Assembly: GCA_011389935.1 (NCBI GenBank)
Contig: JAABTJ010000010.1
Location: 929-64,928, forward strand
From: Desulfobacteraceae bacterium
Lineage (GTDB): Bacteria; Desulfobacterota; Desulfobacteria; Desulfobacterales; Desulfosalsimonadaceae
Direction of reading: 5' to 3'
DNA length: 64,000 nucleotides
The translations under genes and the position numbers were made by a program. The notes below the pieces were generated by a model that was not told the origin of the DNA, ran no database searches, and saw only the letters and a list, made by a program, of their open reading frames with translations. Shown here piece after piece: positions 8,876-19,784 of the stretch. Numbering within the stretch: the stretch's first letter is position 1; each line of letters opens with the position of its first letter.

Positions 8876-10609
8876 CTATATCAGCGGATGCAGCCCGACG
8901 CGCGCCGGCCATTGGTAAACATCCCCTTTCACGGCCTCGTTTATCGCCATGCGCGTATAGGTATTGATGGACGCATAGTTGCCGAAAAAAAAGTCCATTA
9001 TGTTTCCAAAAAGATACAGATCGCCCGCACCCACGAAATGGTCCTGCCGGATTTTCATTCGCACTTCCAGTCCGCGCATCATCACCCCGGCCACCATCCG
9101 GTTGGAAGGTACGGCCTCAAGGGCTTCAATCCCGGCAATCCGTTTCCGGTTTGCAATGATGGATGTTTTGTCCCTGGTTTCTTCAAAAACATAGAGGCCC
9201 AGTAGTGTGCGCAGGTTTTCGGCCCGGGAAAGAGAGAGGTAGTTTAATGACAAATGGGACAAAAAGCGCCATAACAGGTTGCTCCCGATGGGCGGCAGCA
9301 CATTGTTGGTCGGAACCGTAATGTTCGTAAAATCCACGAATTCGGGGGAGCTGCTGGTGGGGTGCGCAATATCACCAACCTGCAGCCCTTCGGGAAGGCT
9401 GCCGTTGGTGCACTGTACCTTGACGGAAATAATTTCCGTCTGCGGCATATCAGCGGTATCCGGGTAGGCAAAGGAAAGCAGCACGTTGAATCCGCTTCCA
9501 ATGGGCGAACGCCTTAACTTGGTATAATATACCGGTTGGCTCGCCTGTTTTGCGGAAAACAGCTCAAACGGCACGTAGGTTTTCTCTTTTGCGCTGCCCT
9601 GGACAAAACCGGACACCCTGTCGACCGAATACACCTGGTAATGATTTACATTGCTGCCTGCGGGTCGAATCTCGTAATCGGTCTTTCGATGATCCAGGCG
9701 AAACGGATCGGCTTCATGGCTGAAAATATTAATAACCGGTGTCGCCCCCAGAACAAAATTGGAGGCTCTCACGCGGCCGGGTGTAAACGGCGGATTCTCC
9801 AGGACGAAACGGATCGTGAAATCATTGCCCTCCCCCCGATTGATCCAGTTCTGCCAGCCGGAAAGATCCAGAAACAGAAATTTCGAGGGAAGAATGAAAT
9901 ATTCCTGCAAAATCCGGTAGGCCGGAAATGAGTTGGATGGATAGGGAAACAGGCTTTCCGTTTCCTGAAATCCCACCGGGCGCAAACAATCCGGGGGGAG
10001 AATCCGGTTTCTGCCTTTTTCCGAAGGAATCAATTCAATATATTGCAAATATTTCTGCAGCAAAAAAAACAGGTCCGCGGCAGCGGAATAATCGCCCCCC
10101 ATAAAAAACCTTACAAAACCGGGCTGCCAGTCCGAAAGCGGCGGCCCGTTAAGGCGCATCTTCAGGACAATGGCAGGCGGTTGTCCGGCAGGCGCCAGAT
10201 ACCCGGCCTCCAGAACACGCAAGGGATGGACAACGGTCTCGAAACAGGTTCGGAACAGGCAGGGGGTGGCGTCCACGGGAACGGATGCAAGCTGGGCGCC
10301 GGCCGGCACGGTTATGGATTGTTTCAGGGTGGGCTTCGGCGAAAAGGCCACAATCGCAGCCGAAGGAACCGGGCGCAAATAGTGGGGCCATATCAATTGA
10401 ACCAGTTCATGGATAATTTCGGGGAACTCATCGTCTAATTTTTCCCGCAGAAGCGCGGTTAAAAAGGCAACGCCCTCCAAAAGGCGCTCCACGTCCGGAT
10501 CGGTGGAAGACCCGCTCAGCATGGGGGCCACCGCGGGATGGGCCTTTGAAAATGCCTGCCCCAGGTCCCTCAGATGATCAAGCTCCTGTTGAAAATATCG
10601 GTGTAACAA
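8876..10609 (-). CDS. tssF: T6SS baseplate subunit TssF
   Basis: 577 aa. N-terminus MLHRYFQQELDHLRDLGQAFSKAHPAVAPML is the canonical TssF start. Confidence 0.93.
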   Translation of the reverse strand: MLHRYFQQELDHLRDLGQAFSKAHPAVAPMLSGSSTDPDVERLLEGVAFLTALLREKLDDEFPEIIHELVQLIWPHYLRPVPSAAIVAFSPKPTLKQSITVPAGAQLASVPVDATPCLFRTCFETVVHPLRVLEAGYLAPAGQPPAIVLKMRLNGPPLSDWQPGFVRFFMGGDYSAAADLFFLLQKYLQYIELIPSEKGRNRILPPDCLRPVGFQETESLFPYPSNSFPAYRILQEYFILPSKFLFLDLSGWQNWINRGEGNDFTIRFVLENPPFTPGRVRASNFVLGATPVINIFSHEADPFRLDHRKTDYEIRPAGSNVNHYQVYSVDRVSGFVQGSAKEKTYVPFELFSAKQASQPVYYTKLRRSPIGSGFNVLLSFAYPDTADMPQTEIISVKVQCTNGSLPEGLQVGDIAHPTSSSPEFVDFTNITVPTNNVLPPIGSNLLWRFLSHLSLNYLSLSRAENLRTLLGLYVFEETRDKTSIIANRKRIAGIEALEAVPSNRMVAGVMMRGLEVRMKIRQDHFVGAGDLYLFGNIMDFFFGNYASINTYTRMAINEAVKGDVYQWPARVGLHPLI

Positions 10610-10610
10610 G

Positions 10611-11024
10611 TCATCTCCTGATCGTTATTTTCCCGTCCTGCCCCAATTGGCTCTCAAAAACGATTGCTTCCTCTGCGTTGTCAAATGCAAGGCGGGCATG
10701 AATTTCAAAATTGAGCGACAAGAGGCCCTCTTCGATGGGAATATACCGAACCCGAACCGCCCTGAGACGGGGTTCGTATTTCTGAATGGTCTGGCGGATC
10801 GATTTCTCGATCTCCCGCGGCGCCCCCGCCTGACTGTGAAGCACGTCATTAAAGTCGGGCAGGCCGTAATCCTCGGCAATCTGCACCCCGCCCTGCCGTG
10901 TGTTCAGCACGTTCTGAAGATGGGCCATGACGGAATCGACGACCTTGTTCGGATCTTCGGTCATGCTTCGATCCGGCATCTTCGCCCGCATCCGGATCCG
11001 TTCAAGAAGGCGCGCCTCTCTCAT
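10611..11024 (-). CDS. tssE: T6SS baseplate subunit TssE (gp25-like)
   Basis: 137 aa. The size, the LLERIR start and the position between hcp and tssF fit TssE. Confidence 0.88.
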   Translation of the reverse strand: MREARLLERIRMRAKMPDRSMTEDPNKVVDSVMAHLQNVLNTRQGGVQIAEDYGLPDFNDVLHSQAGAPREIEKSIRQTIQKYEPRLRAVRVRYIPIEEGLLSLNFEIHARLAFDNAEEAIVFESQLGQDGKITIRR

Positions 11025-11108
11025 TACGGGTACCCGTATTTACCGTTCGTTACCATCCATTGCCGCCCCCGGCGTATCGGAGGCGCAACGAGCTGCAATC
11101 ACTTACCA

Positions 11109-11624
11109 TCAGCCGCCGGCCGTCCGCCAGTCATCCGAGCCCTCGGTCCCGCCCACCTCGTGGGTCCAGGTAATCATCCGATAGGTAAAGGAGACATCTT
11201 CCAAATGCGTAAAATGGGACTGGGAAGGATCCTGGCAATTGGGCATATAGGCGTGAATATTCGTGATGATAGCGTCTTCCAGGGCAATGGTAAAATAATG
11301 CTCCGGCTGGCCGGAAACACTTGTTCGATACCATTTAAGCTCGCACTGGGTGAGCCTTTCCCCGCTGGTCAGGGCGTAATAAAGCAGCGGGGAGGACTTG
11401 TCAAAAACCTTGGTGATGGTCAGGGGTCTGTGCACCCGCTGGCCGGTGGGCTGACCGGACTGCGGATCCGTCGGCACCGTAACGGTATGATCGAATGCTT
11501 CCACCAGGATCTGATCTTCATGACCTTCCTGGTAAACATTGCCGACACTTTCTTCCGTAAATGCCCCTTGGGTAATCGGCCCCTGGGTTGCGCCTGTAAT
11601 GGACAAATAGCATGGTGTTGGCAT
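11109..11624 (-). CDS. hcp: T6SS inner tube protein Hcp (TssD)
   Basis: 171 aa. MPTPCYLSITGATQGPITQGAF...HRPLTITKVFDKSSPLLYYAL is Hcp-like. Confidence 0.93.
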   Translation of the reverse strand: MPTPCYLSITGATQGPITQGAFTEESVGNVYQEGHEDQILVEAFDHTVTVPTDPQSGQPTGQRVHRPLTITKVFDKSSPLLYYALTSGERLTQCELKWYRTSVSGQPEHYFTIALEDAIITNIHAYMPNCQDPSQSHFTHLEDVSFTYRMITWTHEVGGTEGSDDWRTAGG

Positions 11625-11663
11625 GATCTGATCTCCTTGTTCTTTCGTTGTTATGGGTTGGTT

Positions 11664-13151
11664 TTACTCTTTGTCGAGTTTTCCAACCAAAGACAGCGTA
11701 AAATCAGCGCCCATGTATTTAAAATGCGGCCTGACTTTCAGGCCGACCCTGTACCAGCCGGGTTCGCCCTCTACGTCCTCTACCGTCACCTTTGCCTGCC
11801 GCAGCGGCCGGCGGCTTCTCACTGCGGCGCTTGGATTTTCCTGGTCTGCGACATACTGCCGAATCCATTCGTTGAGTTCGCGGTCCAGATCCATGCGCTC
11901 TTTCCATGTTCCGATATTTTCCCGCTGAATGACTTTCAGGTAGTGGGCCAGCCGGTTGATGACGAACATGTAAGGTAATTGCAGGCCCAGCTTGTAGTTC
12001 AGCTCCGCATCCTTGCCTTCCTTGCTGATGCCGAAAAATTTGGGCTTCTGGACGGAGTTGGCGGAGAAGAACGCCGCATTGTCGCTCCCTTTCCGCATGG
12101 TCAATCCGATAAACCCTTCTTCGGCCAGCTCAAACTCCCTCCGCTCGGAAATCAGGACTTCCGTGGGAATTTTGGTCTGGACCGCTCCCATGGCTTCATA
12201 CTGATGGAGCGGAAGGTCTTCCACCGCACCCCCCCCCATGGGGCCGATGATGTTGGCACACCACCGGTACTTGGCAAAACTGTCGGTCAGGCGGGAAGCG
12301 AAGGTGAACGCGGCATTCCCCCACAAATAATGATCATGACTGGAAGAGACATTTTCCTGGTAATTAAACGCTTTGACCGGCTGCGTATCCGGCCCGTAGG
12401 GAATGCGCAGCAGAAAACGCGGCAATGCAAGGGCCACATACCGGGCATCCTCGCTTTCCCTGAAAGACTGCCACTTGGTGTACTTGGGTCCTTCAAAGAT
12501 GGATTTCAAATCCTTCAGCTGCGGAAGTTTCTGGAAATCATCGAGATCGAAAAACTCCGGGCCGGCCGCCGCGATAAAGGGGGCATGGGCCATGGCGCCC
12601 ACGCTGGCGACGTACTGGAGAAGTTTTATATCCTCCGGACCGGGGCCGAAGTCGAAGTTGGCCACCATGGCGGCATACGGCTTGCCGCCGAACTGGCCGT
12701 ACTCGGCCGTATAAACCGTCTTATAGAGCCCGGATTTCGGAATTTCGGGCGAATCTTCAAAATCTTCCAGCAAGTCGCCCTTGCTGACATTGAGCACTTC
12801 GATCTTGATATTTTCCCTGAAGTTGGTCTTATCCACCAGGTAATTCAGCGACCGCCATGCAGACTCCAGCTTCTGGAATTCCCTGCTGTGAAGGATGGCG
12901 TCCAACTGCAGACTCATCTTGTTGTCGATCTCGGCGATCATCTCGTCGACATCCGCCTTGGAAACCTTTTCCACCTTTTTCCCCGGTTCGATAAGCTGGC
13001 CGATCAGCGCCTCGATCCCTTTTTTGGCCAATCCGTAAGACTCGTCCCCGGGCTTCAGCTTGGTGGCCTGAACAATATCGTCGATCAGGGAGGTCGACTC
13101 CTGGGTTGTTTTTTCGACGCCTGCAGCATCCTGTGTTTGTTCTTCCGGCAT
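11664..13151 (-). CDS. tssC: T6SS contractile sheath large subunit TssC
   Basis: 495 aa. Conserved sheath sequence, for example SWRSLNYLV and LPRFLLRIPYG. Follows tssB. Confidence 0.95.
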   Translation of the reverse strand: MPEEQTQDAAGVEKTTQESTSLIDDIVQATKLKPGDESYGLAKKGIEALIGQLIEPGKKVEKVSKADVDEMIAEIDNKMSLQLDAILHSREFQKLESAWRSLNYLVDKTNFRENIKIEVLNVSKGDLLEDFEDSPEIPKSGLYKTVYTAEYGQFGGKPYAAMVANFDFGPGPEDIKLLQYVASVGAMAHAPFIAAAGPEFFDLDDFQKLPQLKDLKSIFEGPKYTKWQSFRESEDARYVALALPRFLLRIPYGPDTQPVKAFNYQENVSSSHDHYLWGNAAFTFASRLTDSFAKYRWCANIIGPMGGGAVEDLPLHQYEAMGAVQTKIPTEVLISERREFELAEEGFIGLTMRKGSDNAAFFSANSVQKPKFFGISKEGKDAELNYKLGLQLPYMFVINRLAHYLKVIQRENIGTWKERMDLDRELNEWIRQYVADQENPSAAVRSRRPLRQAKVTVEDVEGEPGWYRVGLKVRPHFKYMGADFTLSLVGKLDKE

Positions 13152-13161
13152 ACAAACCTCC

Positions 13162-13650
13162 TTATTTTTCTTCCACCCCGAGTTCTTTTAAAAGCTGTTC
13201 CCGGGCCGCATCATCCTTGACAAGCTCTTGAAGTTTCTTGCGAAATTCAGGCAGGTTGCTGAGCGGACCCTTGAGCGTCGTCAGAGCGCTGCGCAACTCC
13301 AAAAGCCGTTTCAGCTCAGGCGTTTTCCGGGCTATGGCTTCCGGTTCAAAATCCTTCATGGACTCAAAATTCAGCGCAACGTTCATCTCATCATCCGGCT
13401 CTCCGGAAATCTTGTTGGGAACGGTCATGGAAAGTTTGACGTTCTGCTCCTTCAGCACTTCGTTGAAATTGTCCTTGTCGATATTGACAGGTTCCCTTTC
13501 CTCCAGCATCCGGTCATCGGGACTTTGCGTAAAATCGCCCATTACCAGGAGCCTGAGCGGCAATTCGACTTCTTCTTTCGCATCGCCGGTGGCCGGCCGG
13601 TACACGATATTGACCCTTTCCTTCGGCGCCACTGAAGATTCTTTTGCCAT
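13162..13650 (-). CDS. tssB: T6SS contractile sheath small subunit TssB
   Basis: 162 aa. VAPKERVNIVYRP...ELPLRLLVMGDF is the TssB signature region. Confidence 0.95.
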   Translation of the reverse strand: MAKESSVAPKERVNIVYRPATGDAKEEVELPLRLLVMGDFTQSPDDRMLEEREPVNIDKDNFNEVLKEQNVKLSMTVPNKISGEPDDEMNVALNFESMKDFEPEAIARKTPELKRLLELRSALTTLKGPLSNLPEFRKKLQELVKDDAAREQLLKELGVEEK

Positions 13651-13700
13651 TTTTCACCCCCCTTTCTTGCATTGAATACATTATTACCGGTTTTTATCGA

Positions 13701-15323
13701 TTACCGGCTGAGCCGAAGGGCTTCCGCCGGATCAAGTCGCGAAATCCGCTGCAGCACTTCATCCGCCCGATCGCCGGATCGATTGTCCGATATGGCATGG
13801 AAACCGGTCCATGCCAATACGAGCCCTTTCAAGGCCATATCCGGATCCCATCGTTCCAAATGGTAATTGTCAATATCCGCAATAATCTGATCAATGTGCG
13901 GAACCGCCACATGTTTATGCTTGGAGCCCAACAGGATCCGGGACAAGGCCATGCGCCATGACAGCGCCGCCTTGCCGGACGAACTGCGCTGCAATTGCTC
14001 CTGGACCAAGCCTACCGCCTCCTTTATCTTCTTCCGCTGCGCCAATGACTGTGCCTTTTCCATAATTTCAGACACATGATCATCGGTTGTTCCAAAATAT
14101 CCGGCCGAGCCAGGAGCAACCTCACCGCTGCTGTCCGATATGCCGCCCAAAGCAATATGCTTCACCCATTGCCGGGTTTCCGCATCGGCAAAGGGCATGC
14201 CGTCGGAAAAGGTCAGATCATCTATACCGGGAACGCGCATCATAAAAAATGCGGTCTCGTCGCAAATCGCCTTATGGGCCTTTTGGTAGTCCCCCCCCAT
14301 ATGGTCCAGTGCTTCCGCGGAAAGGCGGCATAAATCCAGCCAAAAAATAAAACGGGAAAGTTTCTGCTCGGTTGTAGAGAGCAGCACGCTCCAGTTGCTG
14401 TCCGCTTTTGCCCTTTCAATGGCGTTGATTTCATCGGCCGAGGGGGGTGCAATTTGCGTTTTTCCGTTGCTTGCCGGCGGCAGGGAGGAAATTTTCGCCC
14501 ATGAAGCAATCCGGCGATACCGGTAGGCATCGGGATTTTTCGCATCCTTTTCAAAAAGGCCGACCCCGGCATTGCGAATTTTCTGAAACCCGGCGTTGGC
14601 ATCTTTTATGGCATCCTGTTCGGAGCCCACTTCCCCGGGGTCGGTTTCAATCGCGGCGGCAGGGGCGGTGGTGGAGATTTTCTGAGATCGGGATTCCGGG
14701 GGGGCCGCTTTGGCAGGCGTATCATTGGACGGCGCCTCGCGAGATCCGGCGCCGGTTCCGGAGGGCGGTTCCCGGGCGGCGTTTTTCGCTGCCCGGTCAA
14801 TGAATGTATTGATATGCCGGTTAATGGAATGCAGCAGGGGCGGGTCGGACATGTGCTCCTTAAGCAGTTCATCCAGCTCCAGCAGGTTCTGCCGGATCCG
14901 GGTGAGTTTTTCCATCTCAACCGTCTCATGCATTGCGCCAAGGGGGGCCTCGATCTTTTCCATCCAGAAATAAACGGCGCCGATTCTTCCCCGCATCCGC
15001 TTTTTCGGAGGGAACAGGGTTTCCCAATAGTGCTTGAGCAGATCGCGCAAAATCGTTACACCGGCATCCAATCCATCAATCCCGATGAGATGAACCTGGC
15101 TGACGGCCAGGTAGCTGGCTACCGTCAGGTCTTTTGATTTTTCCGAAAGGATGCGCGCGGCAAGATCGCTGACTTTGTTCCAGTCAACGCCGTCCATGGA
15201 GGAAGGCGAGGAAAGCTTATCGATCTCGGTCTGCAGCGCTTCAAAGTCCGAATCATAACGGATGTCCGAGCCGGCGGGAGTCTCTGGATGGATAGGGGTT
15301 TGCCCCAGCAACAAAAGATCCAT
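13701..15323 (-). CDS. tssA: T6SS protein TssA (ImpA N-terminal domain)
   Basis: 540 aa. ImpA_N-type start: PIHPETPAGSDIRYDSDFEALQTEIDKL. Has a central Pro/Ala-rich linker. Confidence 0.85.
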   Translation of the reverse strand: MDLLLLGQTPIHPETPAGSDIRYDSDFEALQTEIDKLSSPSSMDGVDWNKVSDLAARILSEKSKDLTVASYLAVSQVHLIGIDGLDAGVTILRDLLKHYWETLFPPKKRMRGRIGAVYFWMEKIEAPLGAMHETVEMEKLTRIRQNLLELDELLKEHMSDPPLLHSINRHINTFIDRAAKNAAREPPSGTGAGSREAPSNDTPAKAAPPESRSQKISTTAPAAAIETDPGEVGSEQDAIKDANAGFQKIRNAGVGLFEKDAKNPDAYRYRRIASWAKISSLPPASNGKTQIAPPSADEINAIERAKADSNWSVLLSTTEQKLSRFIFWLDLCRLSAEALDHMGGDYQKAHKAICDETAFFMMRVPGIDDLTFSDGMPFADAETRQWVKHIALGGISDSSGEVAPGSAGYFGTTDDHVSEIMEKAQSLAQRKKIKEAVGLVQEQLQRSSSGKAALSWRMALSRILLGSKHKHVAVPHIDQIIADIDNYHLERWDPDMALKGLVLAWTGFHAISDNRSGDRADEVLQRISRLDPAEALRLSR

Positions 15324-15516
15324 GGGTTAGGCCGATATTTTATTTTGTGTTCATATGAAACAGCAAAAAAAATCGATTACCAAGATCTGCTACTTGTGCT
15401 GCGCTGTAAAATACTCCGGAACAGAGAATGATGGAAATAAATGTCAGGAAATTTTATCTTTCAATACCATAAAAACCGTAAAAAAACCAATATATATTTT
15501 TTCTCCGCAGCCGTTT

Positions 15517-16305
15517 CTAAAACACCTTGCCGCTGGAAATCTCTGTTTCCCCGGCCGACCAGAGGCGGACAAAATCCTCCGGGTTTACAGGGCGGGTAAA
15601 CATCACGAAAAATACCTTCCCCGGGGTGCCGCCGAGAAAAAACGCCTGGGGCACTTCCACGCCATGCTTTTTCAACTGAAGGCCCCAGAGGACCGCCCAG
15701 CGCGACGGTTCCCTTCGGGATGCTTCGTCAAGGGGTATCCATAGCACCTGTTTCTCTTTTAACCGGTCCACAATGTATTCCGCGTCTACCAGGCTCCCGT
15801 GGCTGTCAGCGGGAAACCTGACATCGGAAACGATTTCATCCTTGTCCACAATTTCGGTGCAATCCTGTCCCGGCGGTGCTATCCGGCGGACGGCATTCCC
15901 CAGTTCCTGCAGGCTGTCAAATCGTCTTGAAGCAACATATTCGATCTGTTGCCAGCTTGTTTCAAGCAGCCGGGGGAGAAACTCCCAGTTTTTTTCCCAT
16001 CCGTTGCAGGCCCCGGTGCCGACGATCAACAAGGGATAAGGACGCCCGATTCCATCACTGCTGGCTTTTAAAAAACCGCAGACCATCTGCCCCTTTTTTA
16101 TTCCTTTTGCCCAGAAACGCCAGAAACAAATGGCGCGGCGGGCTTCCGAATATTTGGGCAGGGCGGAAAACCCTTTGTCCATCCAGGTTGCGAACGCGGA
16201 CTGAAGCGGCGTGCTGAACTGCAGCTGAAAATAGTCTTTTCCCAGCGGGTGTTTCCCGCAAACCGCCCAGTGCCATCCGTCTTTGTCCTTGCCTAATCCC
16301 AGCAT
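15517..16305 (-). CDS. tagF: T6SS-associated protein TagF (DUF2094/ImpM-like)
   Basis: 262 aa. CGKHPLGKDYF...WMDKGF...FWRFW...SSDGIGRPYPLLIV matches the TagF pattern. Overlaps the tssM 3' end by 13 nt. Confidence 0.8.
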   Translation of the reverse strand: MLGLGKDKDGWHWAVCGKHPLGKDYFQLQFSTPLQSAFATWMDKGFSALPKYSEARRAICFWRFWAKGIKKGQMVCGFLKASSDGIGRPYPLLIVGTGACNGWEKNWEFLPRLLETSWQQIEYVASRRFDSLQELGNAVRRIAPPGQDCTEIVDKDEIVSDVRFPADSHGSLVDAEYIVDRLKEKQVLWIPLDEASRREPSRWAVLWGLQLKKHGVEVPQAFFLGGTPGKVFFVMFTRPVNPEDFVRLWSAGETEISSGKVF

Positions 16306-19300
16306 GCGGCAACCGCCTCCGGAACCGGTTCAGCCGCCACCTTCAAAAAATCGAGAACAGGTTCATGACCTTTGAAACCAAAGCCCATGGAAATATATTC
16401 AACCCCCATCTGCCGAAGCGCAAATTGATGCTCCGGAAACGCCGCGGCCGGAAACCGACGGCTTCCTTTTTCAAAATCCTTGATAAACCGGGGAAATGCC
16501 AGATAACCGGAATAGGTTTTCGTCAAAACCAGATTGCCGACACTCACCGTTATTTCAACATCATTGCAGGCCTGCGGAGAATAGGAAAAATTTTTGCTGA
16601 CCGGATAATTTACATTGACAAGCCGCGTCGCCCCCGGCATGCACTGCAACTGCACCACCGTCTGATGGGGGCGCACCCGTGCCTCCGGGTTCGCACCGGT
16701 CGGCTCGGCCCGGACAACAACGTTATACGTGGATCGCGCTGTTCGAAAGGCTCTTTCTCCCCTGTTCAGGTACGACAGGAAGGGCGGCAGAAAACCGGCC
16801 GATTTTTGCTGTTTCACGGCAGGATAATACCCTTTCTGCATGCTTCTGTCGATAAAGGGGGCAGCCGGCCCGTCAATAAATTTCCGGGCAAGTCCCCCAT
16901 CCCCCATAAGCAGCTGATTGATATTCTGGTGGGCGATATCTTTTACCTCAAGGATAACCTGCCTCTCCCAGACATCCTGAAGATAGCAGGCAGCCTCCCG
17001 GATCGCATACTCGTGGAGAAAAGAAACAGGCCCCGCAAGCAGACTGTCCATTGCCGACAGTTCCCGGCCGGGGTCGCTCAAAACACGCTTCAGGGCATCC
17101 ACCTGCTCATATGCACGGTCAAATGCCGACCCGCCCGATTCGGAAGCGCCTTCCTTTTCATAAAATTCCGCGGCCAACTGGTACGCCAGCCGCCTTGATG
17201 CGGCAACCGGCGTAATCTCGGCCAGCGACTCCCGGTACAATAACAGGGCCTGCCCCGCCAGCAGGAGATTTCCGGAATCCAGCATTCTATCCGACCGGAC
17301 GCCTAAGGCACGTTCGGATCGCCGGAGGGTTGACTGGACCTGACGGGTTGCTTTGCGGACAAGCGTGGAATCCTCCAAGCCTTCTTTTTTGGCACTGACG
17401 GCCGCTTCCTGCTTTGCCGCCTGAAAATCAAAAACAAAATCCACCCAGGCAGGACGTCCGGCAATATCGGCATACGGCGCAAGATGCCGGGCCATGGCGT
17501 CAAGTAAGAGAAAATAGGGGTCCTGCTCCGTTCCAATGCGGGAAGCAATACGGGCCCATTTTTCCTTGTCTTCGAGCGTTTCCGGCCCGGATGAAAAAAC
17601 GGCGGCAAAATCATGCCACGCAGTGATGTAGCGCTGATCATACCAGTTATAAAAATCGAGTTTTTTTTCGGCGATCACCAGTGGGTCATAGAGCGCGGCT
17701 TCGATCTCCGATACAAAAAGGTCAATATGGTTTTTGCCGTCTACGGTAAACGCCTGCAGGACGTCCTCTTCAAACCGTAGATTCCCCCAGTAATCGGACA
17801 TCAGGACCGGCGAAACAGCGGGATCCGTATTTACCCAATCCACAAGCCAATTCAGGGTAACACCGTCAAGCGCAAGGATATGCTTGAGCCATTTCTGCAG
17901 ATGATTGAGTTCTTCATTCAAAACAGACGCATCCGACTGCCAGAGAACATAGTGCAGGTACAGGCGGGACAACTTTTCGTCAAGATCCGGAATGGCTATG
18001 GGGTCGCCGGTACGGGCGGTAAAAGGCGTAAAGGCCGGATGGGAAAGACTGTAAAGCGCATCAGCGCTTCGGCCGTCCATTTTTGCCTTTACCAGGTGAA
18101 TCCGCCGGACCATATGCGCAACATGCCTTCCGATGGTTTCGTTTGGGGTGGCTGCCGAGAACCGGGCCATTTGCGCAGCGCTTTGATTATTGAAAGGGGC
18201 CAGGAACCCTTCATGATACCTGTTGCAGAAATTTTCTTTCAGCCGTCTTTCCACGCTTCGGCTTTCTTTCAATCCCAAACGGGGAATCCGAAACCGCCTG
18301 TTTTTTTGCTCAACACCGATAATGCCGCCCAGAAACCTGTCCATGGTGATGGCATCGGCCATGATATCCTTTTGAAAAACAATCGGCTTTTGAAACTCCC
18401 GGGAAATTTCCCGAATTGCCGAGAGGTTTTTGACAAAAGAAAAGCTGAGCATGCCGCAAAGGGCGATGCAAATGGCCACCCAGGCGGTTAGACCGAGATT
18501 TCGTGTCAACCGCCCCCAGGCCAGCGCCCGCTGGGTGGGCGCAAAAAGCCCCCTGTCGCCGGGCAGTATTTTTGAAAAGAAGTCATGCAGGAACAATCCC
18601 TTGCTGGTGCCGGGCAGCACCTCCTTCTGGTCGATCAACCCGAGTTCCTTGAGCAGATGCGAGAACGGCGCCCCCTCCTGCTTGCCGCTGCTGAAAAAAA
18701 GGCCCCGCAATATCGGCTTTTCCTGATAGGGATTTTCCTGAAAAGCGCCGCGGATAAAGGCGTCGAGACCGGGTTTGAGCTTAGCGAACTCATCCGGGAA
18801 CATCAAAATTCCCGGCGCGGAACGGTTGGAAGCAAATTTCTGAGACAGCAGGAGCCGCAAATCCTTCAAACGATCGGCCATTGCAGCAATGGTCTGATGA
18901 ATAAACTCGGAATGCGTTTTCGAAAAGTCATGGTTCAAAGCCCCCATTGCCTGTTTCAGGCCGCTTTCGTCGAGCTGGTCACAGAAATGGGTCATTCCCT
19001 GTATCAGGTCGCATTTCGTCACCAGGATATAGATGGGAAATTTTGTCCCGAGAACATACATCAGCTCATCAATTCGGCGGCGGACGAGTTTCGCGGAGGC
19101 CTCAACCGGTTCCGCCCTCCCCTCCAGGAGCTTGTCGGCGGCAATCGTTACCACGAGCCCGTTGAGGGATTCTTTTTTCCGGAATTTTTTCAGGTGGGCC
19201 AGGAATTTTTGCCATTCCTCGTTATCGCGGCTTTCATCAACAGGCACTGTATACCGGCCGGCCGTATCAAGGAGAATGGCATTGTCGAAAAACCACCAGT

Positions 19301-19784
19301 CGCAGTTTTTGGTTCCGGATATACCGGACGTGCTGCTGATCTCTGCAAAAGGAGAGGAAAGCCGGGCGCTTTGAATCGCCGTTGTTTTTCCGGATCCGCT
19401 TTCTCCGACCAGCATGTACCAGGGGAGAACATAAAGGGGGTTTCCGTATTTCCGCAAATGGGATTTCCGCAATGTCTCAACGGCCTCTTTCCAACGGGCC
19501 TGGAGCTCCTTGTAATCCTTCTTGTCTTTTTCACTCAGGCTACGGATATAGGCCTCATCCTGGGCAACCACCTCGTTGACAAACCGCTGTTCCCGGCGCC
19601 GCAGCCAGATTTTTCGCAAAAGGAAAATACCGACGCCGATGCCGAACAGGCCGATAAGCAAAACCCCCCCGACCCACAACGGCCAGCCGAAGCTTAAAAC
19701 AATGCCCAGCACCAGAAGCACCCCGAGAACGACGAGCGACAGGATCAAAAAGATCTTTAATGCCTTCAGAAGAATCGTAAACAT
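16293..19784 (-). CDS. tssM: T6SS membrane complex protein TssM (IcmF)
   Basis: 1163 aa. N-terminal TM segments and Walker A GESGSGKTT. IcmF-size protein directly after tssL. Confidence 0.93.
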   Translation of the reverse strand: MFTILLKALKIFLILSLVVLGVLLVLGIVLSFGWPLWVGGVLLIGLFGIGVGIFLLRKIWLRRREQRFVNEVVAQDEAYIRSLSEKDKKDYKELQARWKEAVETLRKSHLRKYGNPLYVLPWYMLVGESGSGKTTAIQSARLSSPFAEISSTSGISGTKNCDWWFFDNAILLDTAGRYTVPVDESRDNEEWQKFLAHLKKFRKKESLNGLVVTIAADKLLEGRAEPVEASAKLVRRRIDELMYVLGTKFPIYILVTKCDLIQGMTHFCDQLDESGLKQAMGALNHDFSKTHSEFIHQTIAAMADRLKDLRLLLSQKFASNRSAPGILMFPDEFAKLKPGLDAFIRGAFQENPYQEKPILRGLFFSSGKQEGAPFSHLLKELGLIDQKEVLPGTSKGLFLHDFFSKILPGDRGLFAPTQRALAWGRLTRNLGLTAWVAICIALCGMLSFSFVKNLSAIREISREFQKPIVFQKDIMADAITMDRFLGGIIGVEQKNRRFRIPRLGLKESRSVERRLKENFCNRYHEGFLAPFNNQSAAQMARFSAATPNETIGRHVAHMVRRIHLVKAKMDGRSADALYSLSHPAFTPFTARTGDPIAIPDLDEKLSRLYLHYVLWQSDASVLNEELNHLQKWLKHILALDGVTLNWLVDWVNTDPAVSPVLMSDYWGNLRFEEDVLQAFTVDGKNHIDLFVSEIEAALYDPLVIAEKKLDFYNWYDQRYITAWHDFAAVFSSGPETLEDKEKWARIASRIGTEQDPYFLLLDAMARHLAPYADIAGRPAWVDFVFDFQAAKQEAAVSAKKEGLEDSTLVRKATRQVQSTLRRSERALGVRSDRMLDSGNLLLAGQALLLYRESLAEITPVAASRRLAYQLAAEFYEKEGASESGGSAFDRAYEQVDALKRVLSDPGRELSAMDSLLAGPVSFLHEYAIREAACYLQDVWERQVILEVKDIAHQNINQLLMGDGGLARKFIDGPAAPFIDRSMQKGYYPAVKQQKSAGFLPPFLSYLNRGERAFRTARSTYNVVVRAEPTGANPEARVRPHQTVVQLQCMPGATRLVNVNYPVSKNFSYSPQACNDVEITVSVGNLVLTKTYSGYLAFPRFIKDFEKGSRRFPAAAFPEHQFALRQMGVEYISMGFGFKGHEPVLDFLKVAAEPVPEAVAACWD

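Noticed and set aside
10647-13220. 443-aa and 413-aa plus-strand ORFs
   Set aside because: They are antisense to tssE, hcp, tssC and tssB, all of which have strong family signatures. No RBS and no recognisable motifs.
15355-15744. 129-aa plus-strand ORF spanning the tagF-tssA gap
   Set aside because: Its second half is antisense to tagF, and the first half lies in AT-rich spacer. No RBS.
16365-19697. Several 200-370-aa plus-strand ORFs
   Set aside because: All are antisense to the 1163-aa tssM gene.
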